Virus record (IMG/VR): IMGVR_UViG_3300025608_000549
Location: 1-54,156 of that record
Length of the DNA: 54,156 nucleotides
Reading direction: 5' to 3' (one strand)
Source of the DNA: a virus
Lineage: Duplodnaviria > Caudoviricetes
Within the stretch, counting starts at the first letter, position 1. Every line of letters starts with the position of its first letter. A program made the translations under genes and the position numbers. A model generated the notes under the pieces. That model searched no databases, had not been told where the DNA came from, and saw only the letters and a list, made by a program, of their open reading frames with translations. Below, in pieces: positions 1 through 9,155 of this stretch.

Positions 1-2
1 AA

Positions 3-275
3 GTTTGTCCAGTGGATTGTTTTTATGAAGGTGAAAACATGCTAGTAATTAATCCAAGTGAATGTATTGATTGCGGAGTATGTGTTCCTGAATGTCCTGA
101 AGAAGCAATTATTTCAGACAATGATATTAGTCTAGGAGACTCTTCAGTTGATTGGTACAAATACAACGAAGAAAAATCGCTAGTATGGCCTAACATTACT
201 GAAAAGAAGGAACCTTATCCTGAATACGAAACGTATCAAGTAATGGAAGACCGCATTAAGTTCTTAGAAGAGTAG
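3..275 (+). CDS. fdxA: 7Fe ([3Fe-4S]/[4Fe-4S]) ferredoxin, FdxA type; 5'-truncated by the window edge
   Basis: Frame open from base 3: [36 protein letters not shown]; CPVDCF and CxxCxxCxxxCP motifs; FdxA-like C-terminal WPNITEKK. Confidence 0.9.
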   Translation, partial: VCPVDCFYEGENMLVINPSECIDCGVCVPECPEEAIISDNDISLGDSSVDWYKYNEEKSLVWPNITEKKEPYPEYETYQVMEDRIKFLEE

Positions 276-293
276 TGCTATTTCTAGCACTAC
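272..293 (-). terminator. Hairpin between convergent ferredoxin and phoH genes
   Basis: 9-bp inverted repeat GTAGTGCTA/TAGCACTAC with a 4-nt loop (GAAA on the minus strand); U-tract weak. Confidence 0.55.
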
Positions 294-312
294 CCAACTA
301 TTTTAGTTCTGT

Positions 313-1086
313 TTAATCGTCTAGTTCTCCATAAATTGCGAGGATTTCTTTGACTGCTTCGTGGCGTTCAATATCTTCCGCTGAAAATTTACAGACGTCT
401 ACCCGTTTGTTATTCTCAAAGTTATCATATAAATTTAAGAATTCCAACAGTCCATTTTTCTGTGGGCGGTCTGCTTGTTGTAGGTCACCGGTAACGATCA
501 TTTTAGATCCAGTACCGAGTCTAGTTAATAGCATCTTCATTTGACTAGGAGTTGCGTTTTGCATCTCGTCAGCAATGATAATACTATTCTTGAATGTTCT
601 TCCTCTCATATAAGCTAAGGGAGAAATTTCAAGGATGCCTTCTGCTATAAACCCTTGTATTTCTTTAGCATAAAAATACTCCTCAAATACATCAAAAACA
701 GGTCTTGTCCACGGTGCCATCTTTTCATTAAGATCTCCCGGTAAAAACCCATGTTGTTCATCCACGCTTACAGCAGGACGGGTAACAACTACTTTATCCA
801 CAACACCTTCTTGGAACATCTTCACTGCGTGTTGACAAGCAATCATAGTTTTGCCTGTACCCGCAGGTCCAATCGCAAAGACAATATCCTTGCTATAGTC
901 TTGTAACTTTAGCAAGTAATCTTCTTGACTTAGATTTTTGGGATATATTGTGACTTTGCTTTTTTTCTGTGGAATAAATTTATTTAATTGTATTACGTTT
1001 TGATTGTGGTCTACAGCCTGTTTGGCTGCTCTTTTTCTTTTCTTCAAAGGATAGCCTCCTATTTTAAGACGAAATAGTGTTGGCAA
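313..1086 (-). CDS. phoH: PhoH-family ATPase
   Basis: GPAGTGKT Walker A, RPAV, GFLPGDL, AYMRGRT, IIADEMQN, TGDLQQAD motifs; TTG start at 1086 or 1047. Confidence 0.95.
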   Translation of the reverse strand: MPTLFRLKIGGYPLKKRKRAAKQAVDHNQNVIQLNKFIPQKKSKVTIYPKNLSQEDYLLKLQDYSKDIVFAIGPAGTGKTMIACQHAVKMFQEGVVDKVVVTRPAVSVDEQHGFLPGDLNEKMAPWTRPVFDVFEEYFYAKEIQGFIAEGILEISPLAYMRGRTFKNSIIIADEMQNATPSQMKMLLTRLGTGSKMIVTGDLQQADRPQKNGLLEFLNLYDNFENNKRVDVCKFSAEDIERHEAVKEILAIYGELDD

Positions 1087-1130
1087 TTAGAACCCTCCTT
1101 TATGTCGTGCTCACTTGCCGAACACATTTT

Positions 1131-1136
1131 TATTTA
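1131..1136 (-). promoter_or_regulatory. Putative late promoter core TAAATA for phoH
   Basis: TATTTA on + strand in the intergenic region; same core precedes many genes here. Confidence 0.45.
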
Positions 1137-1181
1137 AGTCGACTAATCTGAAATAAAAAGATGCTTTAAAGATTCTGCTAA

Positions 1182-1189
1182 GATAAATA
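1182..1189 (+). promoter_or_regulatory. Putative T4-like late promoter GATAAATA
   Basis: Near match to T4 late consensus TATAAATA; upstream of SD GAGG and ATG 1207. Confidence 0.65.
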
Positions 1190-1206
1190 TATATGAGGAA
1201 TAAAAC

Positions 1207-1716
1207 ATGGCTGAACTAAAATCAATCTTACAAAATATCGAAAACGTATATGGATCTAATAACGTTTTAAACATGCTCAAGGACTATGAGCGTGTATTAG
1301 ACGAATTAGGTGTATATGTATATGAGAACTGGGAGGACGGCGAATTAGTCCAAGGTCCCAAAGAAGAAAAATATTTCGTTACGTGTACATGGATGTGGCC
1401 TGAAAAAAAGATGCCTAATCCAAAAGGCGGACAACGTTTATTAGATTATGGTTGTACTGTTAAGTTTAAAAAAGATGAACTAAAAACTGTAAGAAAGATT
1501 AAAACACCAGATGACATTAGACCCGGAACTAAAAAGGGTAAAGTTGATGTTGAAACTATCTGGGAAGTAGAAGTTAAAATTCCTAAAAAATTAATGTTTG
1601 ATATTGATAAAGGCTATAGAAGTTTATCAGCAAATACTAAAAATTATAAAGCACCAACGCCAAATATTGATTCGCCGGATGATGCTATCACTACTGCTGA
1701 TACAGGAGAAGAATAA
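1207..1716 (+). CDS. Hypothetical phage protein
   Basis: 169 aa ORF with SD; TAATG coupling to next gene. Confidence 0.75.
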   Translation: MAELKSILQNIENVYGSNNVLNMLKDYERVLDELGVYVYENWEDGELVQGPKEEKYFVTCTWMWPEKKMPNPKGGQRLLDYGCTVKFKKDELKTVRKIKTPDDIRPGTKKGKVDVETIWEVEVKIPKKLMFDIDKGYRSLSANTKNYKAPTPNIDSPDDAITTADTGEE

Positions 1717-2429
1717 TGGGTTTGAGAGCAAATGATTTAAATGGTTTAATTTTAGATACATTCCATGTAGATTCTTTTCAAAGTAAAATGGGCGATGATA
1801 GAGATGTTTGTGTTTTATCTTTTATAGCAAAAGAAAGATCACCTGCTCGTGATATGATGGAGTTTATCGAAAAAGGATATAACTTTGTATTAGACAGTGA
1901 CGTAAGTGCTGGAGAAGACAGTAATGGTGACTATCATGTGTTTGTTGAGCTACAAAGAGATGCTGACTTACCAAACAACATCAAAGAACTAGCCAACGGT
2001 ATTACTAAACTATCAGGAGTTGATTGTTGGAACTTTAAACATTATAAAAGCAACAGCACCTACGGATTAGATTCTCTAGCAGAAGTTATTAGTAAGTCTC
2101 CGGTTGAATACGACACAATGATGGAAAACATTAGGGTAGAAAGTATCAACAAGTTCTTTGGTAAAACATATAAAGACGAATTAATTGTCGAAGGCGATAC
2201 TATTACTATTAAAAAACCGTTTGGAGTTTCATTGTCTTTTAAACTTGAATCATTCGGTCTTGCTAAAGATATAAGCAAAGAATTATCAGAAACAATTAAA
2301 TTAGATACTAAGAGTACAGCAGAAGTACTTTGGTTAACTAAACTACTAGGGGAAATGAACATTACAAAATACGGTGATGACTTTGTTCTAGAAAACGGCA
2401 AAAAAGCCATGAAGATTAAAATCTATTAA
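1716..2429 (+). CDS. Hypothetical phage protein
   Basis: 237 aa ORF, translationally coupled to upstream gene. Confidence 0.75.
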   Translation: MGLRANDLNGLILDTFHVDSFQSKMGDDRDVCVLSFIAKERSPARDMMEFIEKGYNFVLDSDVSAGEDSNGDYHVFVELQRDADLPNNIKELANGITKLSGVDCWNFKHYKSNSTYGLDSLAEVISKSPVEYDTMMENIRVESINKFFGKTYKDELIVEGDTITIKKPFGVSLSFKLESFGLAKDISKELSETIKLDTKSTAEVLWLTKLLGEMNITKYGDDFVLENGKKAMKIKIY

Positions 2430-2446
2430 AAAGAAGGGATATACAA

Positions 2447-3316
2447 ATGAGTTTTGAATTTGACTTTACGAAAGAGCACCTAGCAGAGATTATTGATGAT
2501 AATCCTGATAACTGGTATGATGCTTTATGCGAACTATTGCCAAAGTATGGCATTACTACAGAGCGCAGAGTAGCACACTTCCTAAGTCAGTGCGCTCACG
2601 AATCAGGCGGCTTTAAGCGCCTTGAAGAAAATCTAAATTATAGTGCGAAAGCACTTCGTGCGGTATTTGGTCGTTACTTCGGTGATGCGCCAAAAGCAGA
2701 CGCAGATGAGTATGCTCGCAATCCAGAGATGATTGCCAACCGTGTTTACAACGATGAGTTCCGTAAGTACAAGATGGGCAACGTCGAAGAAGGTGACGGC
2801 TGGCGTTTCCGTGGTCGTGGACTAAAGCAACTTACTGGTCGTGATAACTATACACGTTTTGGTAAGAGCGTAGACATGACAGCAGAAGAAGCGGCAGAGT
2901 ACGTAGCAACGCCAGCAGGCGCTATTGAATCAGCTTGCTGGTTCTGGGACGCAAACAACCTAAACGACATTGCTGACACAGACGATGTTGTAAAGATGAC
3001 TAAGAAGATCAACGGTGGTAATATCGGACTAGAAGATCGTCAAAGACGTTACAAACATGCTATGGAAGTACTTGGTATGGATGCTGAAGATCTAGGCGAA
3101 GATGATGGTGAAACAATCGATATTGATGATATTGGTGTACTACGTAAAGGTTGCCGCGGCGAAGGCGTTAAAATGATGCAAGAGGCATTAGGTATTGGTG
3201 CAGACGGTGTCTTCGGACCAGGTACTGAGCGTGCACTGAAGGCATGGCAGCATGAAAATGATTTAGTAGCAGATGGTATTGCTGGACCAAAAACACTTGC
3301 TGAATTACTAGGGTAA
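2447..3316 (+). CDS. Endolysin: GH19 (chitinase-like) domain plus C-terminal peptidoglycan-binding domain
   Basis: AHFLSQCAHESGGF, ENLNYS, FRGRGLKQLTGRDNY, SACWFW, INGG motifs; PG_binding_1-like DGVFGPGT..ALKAWQ..L.ADGIAGPKT. Confidence 0.93.
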   Translation: MSFEFDFTKEHLAEIIDDNPDNWYDALCELLPKYGITTERRVAHFLSQCAHESGGFKRLEENLNYSAKALRAVFGRYFGDAPKADADEYARNPEMIANRVYNDEFRKYKMGNVEEGDGWRFRGRGLKQLTGRDNYTRFGKSVDMTAEEAAEYVATPAGAIESACWFWDANNLNDIADTDDVVKMTKKINGGNIGLEDRQRRYKHAMEVLGMDAEDLGEDDGETIDIDDIGVLRKGCRGEGVKMMQEALGIGADGVFGPGTERALKAWQHENDLVADGIAGPKTLAELLG

Positions 3317-3319
3317 ATA
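3314..3319 (+). promoter_or_regulatory. Late promoter core TAAATA built on the endolysin stop codon
   Basis: 5 nt before ATG 3325; no SD. Confidence 0.55.
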
Positions 3320-3324
3320 CTTTT

Positions 3325-3750
3325 ATGTTTAGTTCAATTAGAATTGCGATGATTTTAGTATTACTTTCAGCGGCCGCTGGTGGTGTTTTCTATGTCAAAA
3401 AACTTCAAAGTGATTTAGAAACTGCTAGAGCCAATGTTGCTAAAATGGAAATTGCTGTTCAAACTAGTGAACAATCATTACAACTTGAAAGAGCAGAGTC
3501 CAAAAGACTAGGCGAACTAAACACACAACTAAGTACAGATTTACAAAAAGCAGAGCAGTACGGAGATGAACTTCGTTCTACTCTACAAAAACACAATCTA
3601 ACACACTTGGCAAATAAAAAGCCAGGTTTAATTCAACAGAGAATGCAAAATGCGACTAATAAGTTATGGGATGATCTTGAGTCTATCACTGCTCCTGACA
3701 ACGGGATGCTCGATGCTCAGACCGGAACCACAGATACAAGTAGTAACTAA
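3325..3750 (+). CDS. i-spanin (Rz-like)
   Basis: Single N-terminal TM helix then coiled coil; follows endolysin; overlaps a lipoprotein gene. Confidence 0.8.
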   Translation: MFSSIRIAMILVLLSAAAGGVFYVKKLQSDLETARANVAKMEIAVQTSEQSLQLERAESKRLGELNTQLSTDLQKAEQYGDELRSTLQKHNLTHLANKKPGLIQQRMQNATNKLWDDLESITAPDNGMLDAQTGTTDTSSN

Positions 3751-4030
3751 TACAGTAAAAACTACTGTACCAACAGTTGCTTGGCCTAAACCAGTTCAAC
3801 TGAATGACATTAAAATCTATGTGGTTTCAAAAGAAAATTATGACGAATTTGTAAAAGACTTCGAAGCTAAGAACGGCGGCGATGCTTACATTGCTATCTC
3901 TGTAAAAGATTACGAAAACCTTTCTCTAAACTTTGCTGAACTTCGTAGATATATCGAACAGCAAAAACAAATTATTCTATACTACGAAGAAGCAGTAAAG
4001 CCAGAGGAAATTCAACCCGAAGCAAAATAA
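3650..4030 (+). CDS. o-spanin (Rz1-like lipoprotein)
   Basis: Signal peptide with lipobox LTTG-C; Pro-rich stretch; overlaps the i-spanin 3' end in another frame. Confidence 0.8.
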   Translation: MRLISYGMILSLSLLLTTGCSMLRPEPQIQVVTNTVKTTVPTVAWPKPVQLNDIKIYVVSKENYDEFVKDFEAKNGGDAYIAISVKDYENLSLNFAELRRYIEQQKQIILYYEEAVKPEEIQPEAK

Positions 4031-4033
4031 ATA
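4027..4033 (+). promoter_or_regulatory. Late promoter ATAAATA overlapping o-spanin stop
   Basis: Motif match; SD AAGGAG downstream. Confidence 0.55.
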
Positions 4034-4061
4034 CTTTATCATACATTAAGGAGCGATTAAA

Positions 4062-4415
4062 ATGGCAGATGAAGAAAAGAAAACAGTTACAGTCGAAGTC
4101 GATGCTGACGTAGCAAGAGACATGGACCGTAATGGTGATGGTCACATTAGCGCAGAAGAAGCGGCTATGGATCTAGAATTTAAACGCAAGGCACTAGAAG
4201 ATGCTGATGCTCGTCGTGATGCGATGAGATACATGACATGGTTTGCGTTGTTTGGAATGTTACTTTATCCTACAACAATTATGATTACTTCTTTGTTTGG
4301 TTTAGATAAAGCCGCGGCAATTATTGGCGACATTGCTCCAACTTACTTTGTAGCGATTTCTGCGTTAGTGGCAGCCTATTTTGGTGCGAACGCATACTCC
4401 GATAAGAAAAAGTAA
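4062..4415 (+). CDS. Putative holin (2 TM) with N-terminal EF-hand loop
   Basis: Two hydrophobic helices, basic C-terminus KKK, lysis cassette context; DRNGDGHISAEE EF-hand loop. Confidence 0.6.
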   Translation: MADEEKKTVTVEVDADVARDMDRNGDGHISAEEAAMDLEFKRKALEDADARRDAMRYMTWFALFGMLLYPTTIMITSLFGLDKAAAIIGDIAPTYFVAISALVAAYFGANAYSDKKK

Positions 4416-4459
4416 ATCAATAATAAATCTTCAAGGTAGTCTGTACGATAAGTAATTGT

Positions 4460-5275
4460 ATGGACTACTATTCTATTCTCGGTATTAATAAAAACGCTTC
4501 AGACGAAGATATACGCAAGGCGTATAAAAAGAAGTCTATGAAACACCACCCTGACCGTGGTGGCGATGAGGCTGAATTTAAAAAAGTTAACGAAGCATAT
4601 AGCACACTAAAAGATCCACAGAAACGTGCTATGTACGATAATCCACAAAGACATTATAATAGTTCAAACTTCGCAGGAGGACAAAATCCTTTTGAAGATG
4701 TGTTTGGAGATATGTTTCAGAACTTTGGATTTGCTAGACAAGCACCAAACAGAAATCCTCCGATCCATGCTGAAGTTCAAATTGAACTAGAAGATGTGCT
4801 ATTTGGTAAGACTATTGACGCACAAATTGGATTCAGAAACGGTAACACAAAATTAGTAACAATTAACATTCCTAAAGGTGTACACCACGGATCTCAAATT
4901 AGATATCCGCAAATGGGAGATCACAGCAATCCTAGATATCCGGCAGGCGATTTAATTGTCCGTGTTAACGTTAGAAGGCATCATACATTTAAAAGACAAG
5001 AAGACGATCTTATCATAGAACAAAACATTAATGTATACGATGTTATGTTAGGAACTGATATTTCTGTTACTACTTTAGATAGAAAAACATTTACTGTATC
5101 TGTACCGGCTGGATCACAACCTGATACTGTACTAAGAGTAACAGGTGAAGGTTTACCGAATCCACATAATGGTGCTAAAGGAAATTTATTAATTAAATTA
5201 AAAGTAAGAATACCAAAGAAATTAAGCAAACATGAAATTAAAACACTTTCGGATTTGAGAAATGGAAAAGTTTAA
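4460..5275 (+). CDS. dnaJ: DnaJ/CbpA-type co-chaperone (class II, no zinc finger)
   Basis: DYYSILG..., HHPD J-domain motif, G/F-rich linker, C-terminal GDL and GEGLP motifs. Confidence 0.93.
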   Translation: MDYYSILGINKNASDEDIRKAYKKKSMKHHPDRGGDEAEFKKVNEAYSTLKDPQKRAMYDNPQRHYNSSNFAGGQNPFEDVFGDMFQNFGFARQAPNRNPPIHAEVQIELEDVLFGKTIDAQIGFRNGNTKLVTINIPKGVHHGSQIRYPQMGDHSNPRYPAGDLIVRVNVRRHHTFKRQEDDLIIEQNINVYDVMLGTDISVTTLDRKTFTVSVPAGSQPDTVLRVTGEGLPNPHNGAKGNLLIKLKVRIPKKLSKHEIKTLSDLRNGKV

Positions 5276-5777
5276 ACTAGGTCAACAAGAAACATTATAT
5301 CAAGTTGCCGAGCCTTGGGATTTTGAAAAGGACGGCGATGCTTCACAACTAGAAAAAGATATGTGTGAATTTATGATACAAAACAAAGGCATTGGACTTG
5401 CCGCTAATCAGATAGGATTATTGAAAAGAGTATTTGTTATGGGAAGCACTACTATTCCAGGCTTTCCTAAACCTTTTGCTGTTTTTAATCCTGAGATCAC
5501 TGAAATTAGTGATACGCTAGTATTAGATGACGAGGGCTGTTTAAGTTTTCCAGGTTTATATTTTAAAGTATCAAGACCTGAATGGATACAAGCAAAGTTC
5601 TATGACAGAGACAGAAACTTACATGAAGTAAAGATGGACGGGTATTTGGCAAAATGTTTTCAACATGAGTTTGACCATCTTAACGGAATATGTTATACTG
5701 ATAGAATTAGTAAATTAAAGTTAGATTTAGCAATTAAGAAAATGAGGAAAAATAACAAACATGCTAGAACCCAGTGA
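5262..5777 (+). CDS. def: Peptide deformylase
   Basis: GIGLAANQ, EGCLS and QHEFDHLNG motifs. Confidence 0.96.
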   Translation: MEKFKLGQQETLYQVAEPWDFEKDGDASQLEKDMCEFMIQNKGIGLAANQIGLLKRVFVMGSTTIPGFPKPFAVFNPEITEISDTLVLDDEGCLSFPGLYFKVSRPEWIQAKFYDRDRNLHEVKMDGYLAKCFQHEFDHLNGICYTDRISKLKLDLAIKKMRKNNKHARTQ

Positions 5778-8085
5778 TAAATTACAGGCTGTTTTTGAAC
5801 ATGCTATTGACATTGCTCGTAAATTAAATCACGAGTATGTAACAATCGAACATTTGATGTTTAGTATTATGTGCGATGAGGAAACTTATCGTAGTCTTGA
5901 GGAGTTCGGCGCGAAGTCAGATTACATTAAAGCTAATTTAGAACATTATCTAAAGAACAACTTAACAGATATTACTAATCCAGAATTAAAAGAAAAGCCC
6001 CGCAGAACTCAAAGTGTTGAACGTGCTTTGAACAGAGCTTTTACACAAACACTTTTTAGTAGCAGAAGCAGGATCGAAATTGAAGATATGATCCTTTCTA
6101 TATTAGGCGAGAAGAAAAGTTTCGCTTATTACTACTTGACTAAAGCAGGTATAAACAAAGATAAATTCTTAGAATACTTTACCGAAAAGTGCGATGATTT
6201 TATAGAAGAGAGCGAGGAACAAAAGTTGTCAGCAGGACAGTTAGATAAAATTTTAAATGCTTATTGTGATAATCTTTCGTTAAAGGCTAAACAGAAAAAA
6301 ATTGATCCTGTCATCGGACGTGAAACTGAATTAGAAGATATTCAACTTATTTTAGCAAGACGTACAAAATCAAACGTATTGCTTATCGGCGAGCCAGGCG
6401 TGGGTAAGACTGCTATCGCTGAAGGGTTAGCGTTAAAAATTGCGCAAGGAAAAGTTCCAACGTTTATTAAAGATCACATGGTATACACTTTAGATATTAG
6501 TGCGTTACTTGCCGGTAGTAAATACCGAGGTGATTTTGAAGAACGGTTAAAAGCAGTATTAAAAGCATTAGAGAAGAAAGGTAAAATCATTCTGTTTATT
6601 GACGAAGCACACATGATGAATGGTGCTGGCGCGGCAAACGGAAGTGCGAACGACCTTGCTAATATGCTAAAGCCTATGTTAACCAAAGGCACATTAAAAG
6701 TTATTGCTAGTACAACCTGGGAAGAATATCGCAAACACTTCGAAAGTGATCGCGCACTAATGAGACGTTTCCAACGTGTTGATGTTGAGGAACCAAGCCC
6801 AGAACTTACTAGAAAGATTATTCGTGGACTGAAACGTTATTACGAACAGTACCACAATGTTAAAATTACTGACGCCGCTATTGACCAAGCAGTTAAAATG
6901 TCAGTGAAGTACATGACTGATAAAAAATTACCCGATAAAGCAATCGACATTATCGACTGTGCTTGTGCTAGATTTAAAGTAATCGACGATCCTAGTGAAG
7001 AAACAAACTTAGTCGACTTAGAACAAATTATGTTTGAAGTTAGTAAAATGACTAAGATTCCTTTTGAGAATGTTAGTGAAAAAGAAAGTACTAATCTTGC
7101 TAACTTAGAAAATAATTTAAAGAACGCAGTGTTTGGGCAGGACGATGCTATTGGAAACTTACTTGATAAGATTTTTGTAGCACAATCCGGAATGAAATCA
7201 CCAGACAAGCCGATTGGTAGTTTCTTGTTTGTTGGTCCGACAGGTTGTGGTAAAACTGAAACAGCAAAACAGTTGTCAGACAAAATGTCAATGCCATTGA
7301 TTAGATTTGATATGTCAGAATATCAAGAGAAACACTCAGTTGCTAAACTAATTGGTGCTCCTCCAGGATATGTAGGACACGATGAAGATTCAGGACAGCT
7401 TATTACAAAACTACAAGAGAATCCTAATTCAATTCTTTTGCTTGATGAAATTGAAAAAGCACACAAAGATGTAAGTAATATTTTACTACAATTAATGGAC
7501 AACGGCTTTGTTACTGGGTCTAATGGTAAAAAAGCAGATGCTCGTAATACTATTGTTATTATGACTTCAAACTTAGGTGCCGCTGACAATGAACGCAACA
7601 GCATCGGGTTCGACGACCTTGAAGTAAATGACGAAGATATTAAAGCAGTTAAAAAATACTTTGCTCCTGAGTTCCGTAATAGACTCGATGCTATCGTAAG
7701 ATTTGGTAAACTACAACCAGAAACTGTACGTATTATTGTTGATAAGTTTATCCGTGAACTTAATCTTCAAATTCAAGACAAGCATGTTGAAATTGTATTA
7801 GATGATAAGTCAAGAGATTGGCTTGCTGAAAAAGGTTATAATGCTAAGATGGGAGCAAGACCATTGTCAAGAATCATCGATAAAAGCATTAAATCGCCGT
7901 TAAGTCGCCAAATTCTATTTGGTGATCTAAAAGAAGGTGGCAGAGTTTTTGTAACTATTGTTGATGATGCGCTATCATTCGAAATTAAAAATCTAGGAGA
8001 CGACTTAGATAAATTTCAAAAAAGAGCAATGAAAGCACACAATAGAATACAGAAGGGTAACCTTATTCCAAATGACGATACGTAA
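5761..8085 (+). CDS. clpA: ClpA-like AAA+ unfoldase
   Basis: Clp N-domain; two AAA+ modules (GEPGVGKT, GPTGCGKT); IGF ClpP-docking loop (NSIGFDD); no ClpB middle domain. Confidence 0.92.
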   Translation: MLEPSDKLQAVFEHAIDIARKLNHEYVTIEHLMFSIMCDEETYRSLEEFGAKSDYIKANLEHYLKNNLTDITNPELKEKPRRTQSVERALNRAFTQTLFSSRSRIEIEDMILSILGEKKSFAYYYLTKAGINKDKFLEYFTEKCDDFIEESEEQKLSAGQLDKILNAYCDNLSLKAKQKKIDPVIGRETELEDIQLILARRTKSNVLLIGEPGVGKTAIAEGLALKIAQGKVPTFIKDHMVYTLDISALLAGSKYRGDFEERLKAVLKALEKKGKIILFIDEAHMMNGAGAANGSANDLANMLKPMLTKGTLKVIASTTWEEYRKHFESDRALMRRFQRVDVEEPSPELTRKIIRGLKRYYEQYHNVKITDAAIDQAVKMSVKYMTDKKLPDKAIDIIDCACARFKVIDDPSEETNLVDLEQIMFEVSKMTKIPFENVSEKESTNLANLENNLKNAVFGQDDAIGNLLDKIFVAQSGMKSPDKPIGSFLFVGPTGCGKTETAKQLSDKMSMPLIRFDMSEYQEKHSVAKLIGAPPGYVGHDEDSGQLITKLQENPNSILLLDEIEKAHKDVSNILLQLMDNGFVTGSNGKKADARNTIVIMTSNLGAADNERNSIGFDDLEVNDEDIKAVKKYFAPEFRNRLDAIVRFGKLQPETVRIIVDKFIRELNLQIQDKHVEIVLDDKSRDWLAEKGYNAKMGARPLSRIIDKSIKSPLSRQILFGDLKEGGRVFVTIVDDALSFEIKNLGDDLDKFQKRAMKAHNRIQKGNLIPNDDT

Positions 8086-8746
8086 TGAAACAACTCGTTT
8101 ATTTTACAGTAAATGGCTTTATAAAATAAGTTTAAGGCTACCTGGCGTAAGTGTGATGCGTTACAAAAATGACGTATCACACTTATCAAATTACTTCAAC
8201 GATCATAGACAAGATTCTTACTATCCGCATAGTTTGTATAACCGTGCGGCTGGTAACAAAGATAAACTAATAGAACTTGGTCTTTTACTAAACAACTACA
8301 AAAAAGAAACTTATCAAAAACGTATCGAAGGCGACCTGCTTGATTTGTATACAAACGATACTAATTTAATCAAACATGTTGAAATGGAATTCAACGAGTA
8401 TATTAGATTAATTGCTGAGCCTGATCCAAAAAATATTGATCAATTAGTATCTCAAGAAAAATCAATATTTGTAAAAAGACTACCTCACAAAAGGTTTCAA
8501 TATAGGGTTTATTTAAAACCGCATTGCGGAACATATGATAAGAAAAGTAATTTTGTTACATGGCTAGCACAGCAGGGTGACAAGACTACACTTTCTAAAA
8601 GTCTTACTAATTGGTTCCTTAACACTGACATAAATTGGGATCGTAGATACATACTTATTGAAGATGAAAATCTAATATTGTTTATGAAACTTCATAGTCC
8701 TGAGTTTGTAGGCACAATATACAAATTCGTAATCAAGGATAAATAA
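8072..8746 (+). CDS. Hypothetical protein
   Basis: 224 aa ORF overlapping clpA 3' end. Confidence 0.7.
   Translation: MTIRNETTRLFYSKWLYKISLRLPGVSVMRYKNDVSHLSNYFNDHRQDSYYPHSLYNRAAGNKDKLIELGLLLNNYKKETYQKRIEGDLLDLYTNDTNLIKHVEMEFNEYIRLIAEPDPKNIDQLVSQEKSIFVKRLPHKRFQYRVYLKPHCGTYDKKSNFVTWLAQQGDKTTLSKSLTNWFLNTDINWDRRYILIEDENLILFMKLHSPEFVGTIYKFVIKDK
8738..8745 (+). promoter_or_regulatory. Late promoter GATAAATA
   Basis: 5 nt before ATG 8751; no SD. Confidence 0.6.
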
Positions 8747-8750
8747 CACT

Positions 8751-9101
8751 ATGCCAACACAAAGTATTGTATTATTAACAAATGAATCAACGGAATCTGT
8801 AGATAGTTCTACCTTCTCTTTTACTGATAAAGCAAAAGGAGACGGTTACTATAACCTTTCAGATGGATTACACACTGTGACTTATCGCACAAACGACTTT
8901 GTTGGTGTTATCAAAATGCAAGGCACACTTGCTATTACCCCTACTGAAGACGATTGGTTTGATATTGATCAAACAGACTTCGGCGTTGACAGTAGCTCGC
9001 AAACCGGTACATATCGCAATTTTACTGGTAATTTTGTATGGGTAAGAGCCGCATACAATATCACAAACGGCACAATTCGCGAAATACGTTTTAATCATTA
9101 A
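8751..9101 (+). CDS. Hypothetical beta-rich protein, possibly virion-associated
   Basis: 116 aa, T/S/D/G-rich, behind a late promoter. Confidence 0.65.
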   Translation: MPTQSIVLLTNESTESVDSSTFSFTDKAKGDGYYNLSDGLHTVTYRTNDFVGVIKMQGTLAITPTEDDWFDIDQTDFGVDSSSQTGTYRNFTGNFVWVRAAYNITNGTIREIRFNH

Positions 9102-9103
9102 GA

Positions 9104-9132
9104 TTGACAAAAGCATAAATATAGTATAACAT
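9104..9132 (+). promoter_or_regulatory. Nested promoters: TTGACA-N17-TAACAT and late ATAAATA (9115-9121)
   Basis: Direct motif matches in the intergenic region. Confidence 0.55.
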
Positions 9133-9155
9133 TACCGTAATAAGGGGATTATACT

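Noticed and set aside
5761-8085. ClpB
   Set aside because: No long coiled-coil middle domain, and an IGF loop is present
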